Virus record (IMG/VR): IMGVR_UViG_3300013829_000009
Location: 1 to 53,129 of that record
Length of the DNA stretch: 53,129 nt
DNA from: a virus
Lineage: Duplodnaviria > Caudoviricetes
Strand: one strand, 5' to 3'
Each line of letters begins with the position of its first letter. Within the stretch, counting starts at the first letter, position 1. The notes below the pieces were generated by a model that ran no database searches, was not told where the DNA came from, and saw only the letters and a program-made list of their open reading frames with translations. The position numbers and the translations under genes were made by a program. Shown piece by piece: positions 27,784 through 36,414 of the stretch.

Positions 27784-29385
27784 TTGCGAAAACTGAAAAA
27801 ATACAAACCTACCGCATTCATGCTGAAGGATTGCCGGTACGATAAGGATGCCGCCGATTATGCCGTTTCCTTTATCGAAAGCCTCTGTCACACCAAAGGT
27901 ACATGGGCGGGTAAGCCTTTTGAACTTATCGACTGGCAGGAACAGATCATCCGCGACCTGTTCGGTATTCTGAAGCCCAATGGCTACCGACAGTTCAATA
28001 CGGCGTATATCGAGATACCTAAAAAGCAAGGCAAGAGTGAACTTGCCGCTGCTGTGGCGCTCCTTCTTCTCTGCGGAGACGGAGAGGAACGAGCCGAGGT
28101 ATACGGCTGTGCCGCCGACCGCAACCAGGCTAAGATCGTATTTGATGTAGCAGTGGATATGGTGCGGTTTTGTCCGGCACTTGCCAAGCGGGTGAAGATA
28201 TTGGAAAGCCAGAAAACGCTCAAGTATCTGCCAACAAACAGCATCTACCAAGTCCTGTCCGCCGATGTGGCGAACAAGCACGGCTTCAACACTCACGGAG
28301 TTATCTTCGACGAACTTCATACCCAGCCGAACAGGAAACTGTTTGATGTTATGACTAAAGGCAGCGGTGACGCGAGAATGCAGCCGTTGTATTTTCTTAT
28401 CACCACAGCAGGCAACGATACGCAGTCCATCTGCTATGAAACCCATCAGAAGGCAAAGGACATCATCGACGGCAGAAAAAACGACCCTACCTTCTATCCC
28501 GTCATCTACGGTGCTGACGAATCCGAAGACTGGACTGACCCAAAGGTATGGAAAAAGGCGAATCCCTCTCTTGGCATTACTGTCGGAATAGATAAGGTCA
28601 AGGCCGCCTGTGACAGTGCAAAACAAAACCCGGGCGAAGAGAACTCGTTCCGACAGCTCCGTTTGAATCAGTGGGTCAAACAGGCTGTGCGATGGATGCC
28701 TATGGATAAGTGGGACGCCTGCTCTTTCCCGGTCGACCCGGAAGACCTCGAAGGGCGCGTCTGCTATGGTGGACTCGACCTTTCGTCTACAACGGATATC
28801 ACGGCGTTCGTGCTTGTATTTCCGCCTACAGATGAGGACGACAAATACAGCATTCTTCCGTACTTCTGGATACCAGAAGACAACATCGATTTGCGCGTCA
28901 AGCGCGATCATGTACCGTATGACCTCTGGCAAAGACAGGGCTTTCTGCAAACCACGGAAGGTAATGTCGTGCATTACGGTTTCATCGAGCAGTTCATTGA
29001 AAGGCTCGGTGAGAAATACAACATCCGGGATATTGCCTTTGACCGCTGGGGAGCCGTACAGATGGTCCAGAACCTTGAGGGCATGGGCTTCACGGTCGTT
29101 CCTTTCGGACAAGGCTTCAAAGATATGTCCCCTCCAACAAAGGAACTGATGAAGCTGACACTGGAGCAGAACCTTGCCCACGGCGGACAGCCTGTGCTTC
29201 GATGGATGATGGATAACATCTTCATACGCACAGACCCGGCGGGAAACATCAAGCCGGATAAGGAAAAATCCACCGAGAAGATTGACGGAGCGGTCGCCAC
29301 GATTATGGCGCTCGACCGTGCGATTCGCGGTGGAACGGAAAACGGCGCTTCGGTCTATGATAGCCGGGGCATTTTATTTATTTAA
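27784..29385 (+). CDS. terL: Terminase large subunit
   Basis: PKKQGKSEL Walker A; IFDELH; ITTAG; GGLDLS; KIDG. Confidence 0.95.
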   Translation: MRKLKKYKPTAFMLKDCRYDKDAADYAVSFIESLCHTKGTWAGKPFELIDWQEQIIRDLFGILKPNGYRQFNTAYIEIPKKQGKSELAAAVALLLLCGDGEERAEVYGCAADRNQAKIVFDVAVDMVRFCPALAKRVKILESQKTLKYLPTNSIYQVLSADVANKHGFNTHGVIFDELHTQPNRKLFDVMTKGSGDARMQPLYFLITTAGNDTQSICYETHQKAKDIIDGRKNDPTFYPVIYGADESEDWTDPKVWKKANPSLGITVGIDKVKAACDSAKQNPGEENSFRQLRLNQWVKQAVRWMPMDKWDACSFPVDPEDLEGRVCYGGLDLSSTTDITAFVLVFPPTDEDDKYSILPYFWIPEDNIDLRVKRDHVPYDLWQRQGFLQTTEGNVVHYGFIEQFIERLGEKYNIRDIAFDRWGAVQMVQNLEGMGFTVVPFGQGFKDMSPPTKELMKLTLEQNLAHGGQPVLRWMMDNIFIRTDPAGNIKPDKEKSTEKIDGAVATIMALDRAIRGGTENGASVYDSRGILFI

Positions 29386-29400
29386 AGGGAGTGATTAAAT

Positions 29401-30738
29401 ATGGGAATCTTCACCGGGCTATTTCGTTCCCGTGACAAGCCCCAGAACCGCACGGTGGGCAGTTCGTATAATTTTCTGTTCGGAGGCTCGACCTCCGGCA
29501 AGGCTGTGACAGAACGTACGGCCATGCAGATGACGGCGGTCTATTCCTGCGTTCGTATACTTGCGGAGGCTGTGGCCGGACTTCCGCTGAACCTATATCA
29601 TTATCTGCCGGATGGCGGCAAGGAAAAGTCCTACGACCATCCGCTGTATCGGTTGCTCCACGACGAGCCAAACCCGGAGATGAGTTCCTTTGTTTTCAGG
29701 GAAACACTTATGACACACCTATTGCTGTGGGGTAATGCTTATGCGCAGATCATCCGCAACGGCAAGGGTGAGGTCGTGGCGCTGTATCCTCTGATGCCGA
29801 ATAGAATGACGGTCGACCGGGAAGAAAACGGACAGCTTTATTACAGCTACAACCGTTCCTCCGACGAAGCACCTACGATGAATGGCTCCACTGTTATCCT
29901 CAAACCGTCCGACGTGCTGCACATTCCCGGTCTTGGGTTTGACGGGCTGGTCGGCTACAGTCCCATTGCAATGGCAAAAAATGCTATCGGAATGGCAATT
30001 GCCTGTGAGGAATACGGCGCTAAGTTCTTTGCAAATGGCGCTGCTCCGGGCGGCGTGCTGGAACATCCCGGCACCATCAAAGACCCGCAGCGTGTGCGTG
30101 AAGCATGGCAGTCGCAATTCGGCGGCAGTGGCAACAGCAATAAGATTGCCGTTCTCGAAGAAGGAATGAAGTACACTCCCATAGGCATCTCGCCGGAACA
30201 AGCCCAGTTCCTCGAAACACGCAAATTTCAGATCAATGAGATTGCTCGAATTTTCAGAGTTCCGCCTCACATGGTCGGCGACCTTGAAAAGTCGAGCTTT
30301 TCTAACATTGAGCAGCAGTCACTGGAGTTCGTAAAATACACCCTCGACCCTTGGGTCATCCGCTGGGAACAGTCCATCATGCGGTCGCTCCTATCATTGG
30401 AGGAAAAGACGCAATATTTCGTCAAGTTCAATCTGGAAGGTCTGCTTCGCGGCGACTACCAGAGCCGCATGACAGGCTACGCCACGGCAAGGCAGAACGG
30501 CTGGATGTCCGCTAACGACATCCGCGAATTGGAAAACCTCGACCGTATACCCACTGAGGATGGCGGTGATCTCTACCTTATCAACGGCAATATGCTCCCG
30601 CTTGCCAATGCGGGTGCTTTTGCAGATACAACATCAACCGACGACGGAAAGGAGGAAACCGATAATGACCAATCCGAAGAAGTTCTGGCATTGGAAAAAC
30701 GAAGCCGGCGCAGAGCCGGAAACGGAGCGGGTGCTTGA
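29401..30738 (+). CDS. HK97-family portal protein
   Basis: AVYSCVRILAE; LLLWGNAY; GYSPI; IARIFRVPP; NIEQQ. Confidence 0.95.
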   Translation: MGIFTGLFRSRDKPQNRTVGSSYNFLFGGSTSGKAVTERTAMQMTAVYSCVRILAEAVAGLPLNLYHYLPDGGKEKSYDHPLYRLLHDEPNPEMSSFVFRETLMTHLLLWGNAYAQIIRNGKGEVVALYPLMPNRMTVDREENGQLYYSYNRSSDEAPTMNGSTVILKPSDVLHIPGLGFDGLVGYSPIAMAKNAIGMAIACEEYGAKFFANGAAPGGVLEHPGTIKDPQRVREAWQSQFGGSGNSNKIAVLEEGMKYTPIGISPEQAQFLETRKFQINEIARIFRVPPHMVGDLEKSSFSNIEQQSLEFVKYTLDPWVIRWEQSIMRSLLSLEEKTQYFVKFNLEGLLRGDYQSRMTGYATARQNGWMSANDIRELENLDRIPTEDGGDLYLINGNMLPLANAGAFADTTSTDDGKEETDNDQSEEVLALEKRSRRRAGNGAGA

Positions 30739-31393
30739 GCTAAACGGCACCATCGCGGAGGAAAGCTGGTGGGATGATGATGTCACACCGCAAATGTTCC
30801 GTGATGAACTGTTCGCAGGCTCCGGCCCCGTTACCATCTGGATCAATTCGCCCGGTGGCGATTGCGTGGCGGCAAGCCAGATATACACCATGCTAATGGA
30901 TTACAAAGGCGACATCACCGTCAAGATTGATGGTGTAGCTGCATCCGCCGCAAGCGTTATTGCTATGGCGGGTACTAAGGTGCTGATGGCACCGACCGCG
31001 CTCATGATGATTCACAATCCCGCGACGCTTGCCATTGGCGATAGCGCCGAAATGCAGAAAGCGATAGATATGCTCTCCGAGGTTAAGGAAAGCATCATCA
31101 ACGCCTATGAGATCAAGACCAGTATGCGGCGCTCCAAGCTCTCACAGCTCATGGATGCAGAGACATGGATGAACGCAAACAAGGCAATTGAATACGGCTT
31201 TGCCGACGGTATTTTGGAGGACAAAAAGAAAGCCTCCGATGCCGTCGTCTCTTTTGCCTTTTCCCGTAAAGCCGTGACAAACTCGCTTATGAGCAAGCTG
31301 CACATCCAGCCTGCTGAAAAAACACCGGCACCACACGGACGTTCAGTCGACGAGCTCAAAAAGCGGCTGAACGACATCAAAAACTATATTTAA
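30665..31393 (+). CDS. ClpP-type head maturation protease
   Basis: INSPGGD; AASAASVIAMAG; MMIHNP; ETWM. Confidence 0.93.
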   Translation: MTNPKKFWHWKNEAGAEPETERVLELNGTIAEESWWDDDVTPQMFRDELFAGSGPVTIWINSPGGDCVAASQIYTMLMDYKGDITVKIDGVAASAASVIAMAGTKVLMAPTALMMIHNPATLAIGDSAEMQKAIDMLSEVKESIINAYEIKTSMRRSKLSQLMDAETWMNANKAIEYGFADGILEDKKKASDAVVSFAFSRKAVTNSLMSKLHIQPAEKTPAPHGRSVDELKKRLNDIKNYI

Positions 31394-31408
31394 CAGGAGG
31401 ATTTGTTT

Positions 31409-32590
31409 ATGAACATCGTAGAAATGCGCGATAAGCGTGCGAAACTGTGGGCCACTATGGAGGGTTTCCTCGACACGCACCGCAGCGAAAAGGGTGTGCT
31501 GTCCGTCGACGACGATACCACCTACAACAACATGGAGAAAGAACTGAACGATCTCACCAACGAGATCAAGCGCATGGAGCGCCGTGACGCTATCGAAGCG
31601 GAGCTCAAAAAGCCCATCGGCATCCCTCTCACCGAAAAGCCCATGAAGCCCGGTGTGGATGAAAAGCAGGGTCGCGCCTCCAACGCATACAAGGAGGACT
31701 TCGGACTGCACCTTCGCGGCAAGAAGATGCTCCACAATGTCCTCTCCGAGGGCGTTGATGCCAACGGCGGCTACCTCGTTCCCGAGGAGTTCGAGCGTCA
31801 GATTGTGGAGGCTCTGAAGGAAGAAAACGTGATGAGAAAGCTCTGCAAGGTCATCACAACTGCCAACGAACGCAAGATTCCCGTCGCCGGTACTCATTCT
31901 GTCGCGGCATGGACGGCAGAAAATGCTCCTTATACCGAGAGCAATCCCACATTCGATCAGAAGACTATCGATGCATATAAGCTGACCGACCTTATTAAGG
32001 TTAGTGTCGAACTTCTGGACGACAGCGCGTTCCCGCTGGAACCGTATATCGCGAAGGAGTTTGCCAGCGCCTTCGGCGTCGCCGAGGAAACCGCTTTCTG
32101 CGTCGGCACCGGTTCCGGGCAGCCTACCGGCCTATTCACCGCGAATGGCGGCGCGGTCGGTATCACGGCGGCTGGTGCTACGGCGGTCACCGCTGACGAG
32201 GTCATTTCCCTCATCTATGCTCTGAAAGCGCCCTACCGCAAGAACGCCAAGTTCCTTATGAACGATTCCACGGTCGCCGCGCTTCGCAAGCTCAAAGACG
32301 GCAATGGTCAGTATCTGTGGCAGCCTTCCATTATGGCGGGTCAACCGGACAAGCTGCTCGGTTATGACATCTATACCAGTCCCTATGTTCCCGTTATGGC
32401 GGCTGGCGCTTATGCCATTGCCTACGGTGACTTTATGAACTACTGGATTGCAGACCGCACCGGCAGAACCGTTCAGCGTCTGAACGAGCTGTATTCCACG
32501 AACGGTCAGGTAGGCTTCGTCGCCACCGAGCGTGTAGATGGCAAGATCATCCTGCCCGAAGGTGTTCAGATTCTCAAGATGCACGCGTAA
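31409..32590 (+). CDS. HK97-fold major capsid protein
   Basis: Coiled-coil delta domain; GGYLVPEEF; G.G..QPTG; LKDGNGQYLWQP; R.DG. Confidence 0.95.
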   Translation: MNIVEMRDKRAKLWATMEGFLDTHRSEKGVLSVDDDTTYNNMEKELNDLTNEIKRMERRDAIEAELKKPIGIPLTEKPMKPGVDEKQGRASNAYKEDFGLHLRGKKMLHNVLSEGVDANGGYLVPEEFERQIVEALKEENVMRKLCKVITTANERKIPVAGTHSVAAWTAENAPYTESNPTFDQKTIDAYKLTDLIKVSVELLDDSAFPLEPYIAKEFASAFGVAEETAFCVGTGSGQPTGLFTANGGAVGITAAGATAVTADEVISLIYALKAPYRKNAKFLMNDSTVAALRKLKDGNGQYLWQPSIMAGQPDKLLGYDIYTSPYVPVMAAGAYAIAYGDFMNYWIADRTGRTVQRLNELYSTNGQVGFVATERVDGKIILPEGVQILKMHA

Positions 32591-32603
32591 GGAGGACTAA
32601 GTT

Positions 32604-32972
32604 ATGGCTGGATATAACGTAAAGAATTATACCGAGCAAGGCGGCGAAAGGACCGTCATCGGCGGAACATTGGAAATCAAGGAGGGAGCCTCGGTAACGG
32701 GGCTTCCTTCTTCTCAAGTACCCGCCGCTACAGAAACCACACTTGGCAGAGTTAAGGCAACTGCTAAAACTGAAACGGATACCGTCCCGGCGAAAATCGG
32801 TACGGACGGAAACCTCTATGTTCCGACTTACCCAACTGTGCCGGAAGTACCCGTTGCGGTAAACCAGGCGGTAAGTACGGCTGAGGATATCACTACACTC
32901 CTTGCCGATTTTAATGCTCTGCTCGAAAAACTGAAAACTGCCGGGCTTATGGCTCCGGACGCGCAGGAATAA
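32604..32972 (+). CDS. Head fibre/decoration protein
   Basis: YNVKNYTEQGG..TVIGG.L; DFNALL.KLK.AGLM; follows the capsid gene. Confidence 0.7.
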   Translation: MAGYNVKNYTEQGGERTVIGGTLEIKEGASVTGLPSSQVPAATETTLGRVKATAKTETDTVPAKIGTDGNLYVPTYPTVPEVPVAVNQAVSTAEDITTLLADFNALLEKLKTAGLMAPDAQE

Positions 32973-32990
32973 AGAAAGGACGGTGGCGGT

Positions 32991-33299
32991 ATGACGCTGC
33001 TTGAGAAAGTCAAAGCAAATCTTATCCTGGAACACACGGCGGATGATGAACTGTTGCAGTTGTACATATCCGCCTCTGTATCCTATGCTGAGAGCTATCA
33101 GCATCTCACTGAATTCTACTACACCGACCATCAGATGCCGCCTACCACAGAACAAGCCATTATCATGCTGTCGTCTCATTTCTATGAATCAAGGGACGGC
33201 AGCACGGGTGGCTTTTTTGCGGACAATGTCAATGCTGGGCAGCAAGTCTGGAATACGGTCAACCTCTTACTTCGGCTTGACCGTGATTGGAAGGTGTGA
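32991..33299 (+). CDS. Head-tail connector (gp6-like)
   Basis: LLEKVKANL...DDELL..YI; QAIIML.SHFYE.R. Confidence 0.85.
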   Translation: MTLLEKVKANLILEHTADDELLQLYISASVSYAESYQHLTEFYYTDHQMPPTTEQAIIMLSSHFYESRDGSTGGFFADNVNAGQQVWNTVNLLLRLDRDWKV

Positions 33300-33301
33300 G
33301 C

Positions 33302-33634
33302 ATGAGCTTTGGTAAGATGAACACCCTCATCGACATTGTCGAAAAAGTGACCATAAAAGATGCAGAAGGATTCCGAACCGAGGTTGACAATATTGTCGCC
33401 TCGGTTAGAGCATACCGGGAGGGTCGGCACGGCAACGAGAAATGGGCAAACCGCGCTCAATTTTCCGAAGCCACCGACCTTTTCTGCTTTCGACGAATCC
33501 CGAATGTGACCGTTACTACCGCAATGGTTGTGATGAACAAAGAAGGTCGTTTTGAAATCACCTCAGTTGAGGATATCAAAGGGCGAAGAATGTATATCGA
33601 GGTGCTTGCCAAGGAGGTGAAGCCGAGTGGCTAA
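33302..33634 (+). CDS. Head closure / head-tail adaptor
   Basis: MSFGKMN...; F.ITSVED.KGR.MY; gene order. Confidence 0.8.
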   Translation: MSFGKMNTLIDIVEKVTIKDAEGFRTEVDNIVASVRAYREGRHGNEKWANRAQFSEATDLFCFRRIPNVTVTTAMVVMNKEGRFEITSVEDIKGRRMYIEVLAKEVKPSG

Positions 33635-34058
33635 AGCAGCATTTAAAATGCCGGAGGACTTCCTTCTGAAGCTATCACGACTTGGAGAGAAAACGGATGA
33701 AATCATCCCAAAGGTGCTGGAAGCGGGCGGCGAAGTTGTGGAGGCAAAAGTAAAGTCCAACCTTCAAGCCGTTATCGGCAGCGGCACAAAGGAAGAAAGC
33801 CGTTCCACGGGCGAGCTGATCTCGGCGCTGGGCGTTTCCTCCGCAAGACAGGATAAGGACGGGAATTTCAATGTAAAAGTTGGATTTTCTGATCCTCGTA
33901 CTGACGGTAAAAGCAACGCCATGATTGCGGGGGTGCTGGAGTACGGCAAAAGCGGACAGTCTCCGAAGCCCTTTCTAAAACCCGCAAAATCGGCAAGCAA
34001 AAGCGCTTGTGTTGATGCGATGATTGCAGCGTTTGAGAAGGAGGTTGAAAACATATGA
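33627..34058 (+). CDS. HK97-gp10-like tail component
   Basis: STGEL; LEYG.S.Q.PKPFLKPA. Confidence 0.85.
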   Translation: MAKAAFKMPEDFLLKLSRLGEKTDEIIPKVLEAGGEVVEAKVKSNLQAVIGSGTKEESRSTGELISALGVSSARQDKDGNFNVKVGFSDPRTDGKSNAMIAGVLEYGKSGQSPKPFLKPAKSASKSACVDAMIAAFEKEVENI

Positions 34059-34393
34059 GCCTGATTCAAGAACTAAACACGCTCCTCTCACCGATTGTAC
34101 CCGTTGAGACAGGCGTATTTTCAGAGTCCGCCCCGAACAGATACGTTGTGATTACACCGCTGGCGGATACCTTCGCTTTGTATACCGATGACAGTCCCCG
34201 TCACGAAACACAAGAAGCGCGGCTTTCTCTTTTTGATAAGGGAAGCTACACAGCTATGAAAAACCAAATTGTCCGCGCCTTGCTGAACGCGGAATTTACA
34301 ATAACAGACCGCCGGTATATCGGACATGAAGACGATACCGGCTATCACCACTACGCCATCGACGTGGCGAAAATTTACGAACTGGAGGAATAA
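34055..34393 (+). CDS. Tail completion protein
   Basis: Gene order; YIGHEDDTGYHH. Confidence 0.7.
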   Translation: MSLIQELNTLLSPIVPVETGVFSESAPNRYVVITPLADTFALYTDDSPRHETQEARLSLFDKGSYTAMKNQIVRALLNAEFTITDRRYIGHEDDTGYHHYAIDVAKIYELEE

Positions 34394-34396
34394 CAA

Positions 34397-34999
34397 ATGG
34401 CTACTATCGGGCTTGACAAACTTTATTACTCAAAAATCACGGAGGCTGTGGACGGAACAGAAACCTACAGCGCTCCAATCTCTCTTGCCAAAGCAATGAA
34501 AGCGGATCTGTCGGTCGAGCTTGCTGAGGCGACGCTTTATGCGGACGACGGTCCCGCCGAGGTCGTGAAGGAATTTAAAAACGGCACTCTCTCGCTTGGT
34601 ATCGACGATATCGGCGTGACAGCGGCCGAGGACCTGACAGGCGCAAAACTCGACGATAACAACGTCGTAGTGTCCGGCAGCGAGGACGGCGGCACTCCCG
34701 TTGCGGTAGGCTTCCGGGCAAAAAAGGCAAATGGAAAGTACCGCTATTTCTGGCTTTACCGGGTGAAATTCGGTATCCCGGCGACCAACCTCGCCACCAA
34801 GGGCGACAGCATCACCTTCTCCACCCCGACCATCGAGGGCACGGTGTTCCGCCGCAACAAACTGGACGGGAATGGCAAGCATCCGTGGAAGGCGGAGGTT
34901 AACGAGGACGATATGAGCGTTCCGGCTTCCGTTATCACCGGCTGGTACACACAGGTCTACGAGCCTGTGTTCACAGCGCAAGCTGGAGGTGAAGCCTAA
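34397..34999 (+). CDS. Major tail protein (phi13 family)
   Basis: IGLDKLYY; LYADDG; AVGFRA.K.NG.YRYFWL; TKGD.I.F.TPTIEG. Confidence 0.9.
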   Translation: MATIGLDKLYYSKITEAVDGTETYSAPISLAKAMKADLSVELAEATLYADDGPAEVVKEFKNGTLSLGIDDIGVTAAEDLTGAKLDDNNVVVSGSEDGGTPVAVGFRAKKANGKYRYFWLYRVKFGIPATNLATKGDSITFSTPTIEGTVFRRNKLDGNGKHPWKAEVNEDDMSVPASVITGWYTQVYEPVFTAQAGGEA

Positions 35000-35385
35000 T
35001 GGCTGACGAAAGAAGCTCCAAAATTACCATCGGCGGTGCAGAGTATGAGATGCTCTTAACCACAAAAGCGACGAAGGAAATCGCTGGGCGCTACGGCGGG
35101 CTATCCAATCTCGGCGAAAAGCTGATGAAAAGCGAGAATTTCGAGATGGCTCTCGATGAAATCGTATGGCTCATTACGCTGCTGGCCAATCAGTCGGTAC
35201 TGGTACACAATCTGAAAAATCCCACAAAAAAGCGCGAACTGCTCACGGAGGAAGCGGTCGAACTTCTCACTTCGCCCTTTGAGCTTTCAGATTATAAAAA
35301 TGCCATCATGGACGCGATGTATAAAGGAACGAAGCGAAATGTGGAAAGCGAGGATGAACCCTCAAAAAACTTGTCGGTCGGGTAA
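34999..35385 (+). CDS. Tail assembly chaperone (gpG-like)
   Basis: Follows the major tail gene; A-AAA-AAC slippery site near the 3' end. Confidence 0.85.
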   Translation: MADERSSKITIGGAEYEMLLTTKATKEIAGRYGGLSNLGEKLMKSENFEMALDEIVWLITLLANQSVLVHNLKNPTKKRELLTEEAVELLTSPFELSDYKNAIMDAMYKGTKRNVESEDEPSKNLSVG

Positions 35386-35573
35386 GCGATGAAGAATTGT
35401 TTGCCCGGCTGATTTTTTATGGAACAACCCTGCTCGGTCGGGCGGAGTCCGAAGTATGGGCGATGCCGATCGGACATCTGCTCGACCAGTGGGAGGTGTA
35501 CAAGCAGTTTAACGGTTTGGCTAAACCAAAGCGTGAGTATTACATTGATGAAATCATACCAAACGGTATATGA
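35364..35573 (+). CDS. -1 frameshift extension (gpGT-like) of the tail chaperone
   Basis: A AAA AAC at 35364-35370; -1 frame reads LVGRVSDEELFARLIFYG...WAMPIGHLLDQW...PNGI to TGA 35571-73. Confidence 0.8.
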   Translation, partial: KKLVGRVSDEELFARLIFYGTTLLGRAESEVWAMPIGHLLDQWEVYKQFNGLAKPKREYYIDEIIPNGI

Positions 35574-35574
35574 C

Positions 35575-35656
35575 ATACAATTGTACGAACAAATAACGAT
35601 TAGTTCGTACAATTGTATTGACAAAGGTGCGGAATCGTGATACATTTATTTCACGA
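35575..35656 (+). promoter_or_regulatory. Moron promoter with palindromic operator
   Basis: 16-bp perfect IR at 35575-90 / 35603-18; TTGACA (35618)-17-TACATT (35641); TCGTGA/TCACGA flank the -10. Confidence 0.8.
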
Positions 35657-35666
35657 GGTGATTGCG

Positions 35667-36113
35667 ATGAATATTAATATTGAAACTTTGCTTCCACTTG
35701 AGAAGCTCCAACAGACGCCAGACGAGATTTTGAAAGTGGTGGATAAGTACGGACAGGTTGTGCTGCTCAAAGACAACGCCCCCTTGTACGTTATCATGCA
35801 GGCTCAGTTGGCTGTTGAGACTGAGAAGAGGAAAGCGGATGCCCTCAAGGAGAATCCCATTCCAGATCCGATTACTCCAACCACAACTTCGCTCACCCTG
35901 CAGGAAGCGATGCGTATTGTTTTAAGTGAAGCCGAGGGGCACCAAATGCATGCGTCAGAACTTGCTGATGCCGTTTATGAACGCCGATTGTATGTCCAAA
36001 AAAATGGTGAAAAAGCAAAATACAATCAGATGCGGGCAAGGTGTGGTCACTATCCTGAAATGTTCGAGGCAATGAAAGGCAATTTTATCCGCTTGCGTAC
36101 CGAAAAAGATTAA
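35667..36113 (+). CDS. Phd/YefM-like domain fused to a winged HTH (HARE-HTH-like)
   Basis: EILKVVDKYGQVVLLKDNAPLYVIM; LTLQEAMRIVL...MHASELADAVYER.LY. Confidence 0.7.
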   Translation: MNINIETLLPLEKLQQTPDEILKVVDKYGQVVLLKDNAPLYVIMQAQLAVETEKRKADALKENPIPDPITPTTTSLTLQEAMRIVLSEAEGHQMHASELADAVYERRLYVQKNGEKAKYNQMRARCGHYPEMFEAMKGNFIRLRTEKD

Positions 36114-36129
36114 GGAGGTAAACAGCTAT

Positions 36130-36339
36130 ATGGCGACCTATAAAGAAATCCAAGAGTTCATTCAGAAAAAATATGGGTACTGCGTGAAGACCTGCTGGAT
36201 AGCTCACATGAAAGAGGTTTGCGGATTGCCTGTGAAAATGGCGAATAACCGCTATTCGCCAGATAGCCGTACTCATCCATGCCCGGTTGAAAAGCAAGCG
36301 GCTATACGTAAAGCGTTTGAGTATTTTCATATGATATAA
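36130..36339 (+). CDS. Small basic protein resembling the C-terminal extension of some RumA/RlmD proteins
   Basis: ATY.EIQ..I...YG..VK...IAH.K..CGL...CP.EK..AI..A...F.MI; AAGGAGG RBS. Confidence 0.7.
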   Translation: MATYKEIQEFIQKKYGYCVKTCWIAHMKEVCGLPVKMANNRYSPDSRTHPCPVEKQAAIRKAFEYFHMI

Positions 36340-36361
36340 CCTAATATTTGCCCATTTTACT

Positions 36362-36387
36362 GGCACTCCGAAAGGGGTGCCTTTTTC
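36362..36387 (+). terminator. Intrinsic terminator closing the moron
   Basis: GGCACTCC-GAAA-GGGGTGCC-TTTTT. Confidence 0.75.
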
Positions 36388-36414
36388 ATGCCCATTTTCA
36401 GGAGGTGAGACGGC

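Noticed and set aside
27760-29181. Long antisense ORFs (473 aa here; also 22443-23492, 24718-25635, 42762-43994)
   Set aside because: Shadows of well-supported plus-strand genes, with no recognisable motifs
11582-29385. Inteins or group I/II introns in pol, helicases or terL
   Set aside because: Protein lengths are normal with no splice motifs; the HNH genes lie between genes; the SNF2 interruption is only 5 nt
35419-35640. ORF-track 73-aa gene after the tail chaperone
   Set aside because: Wrong frame; the coding frame is the -1 frameshift extension ending at 35573
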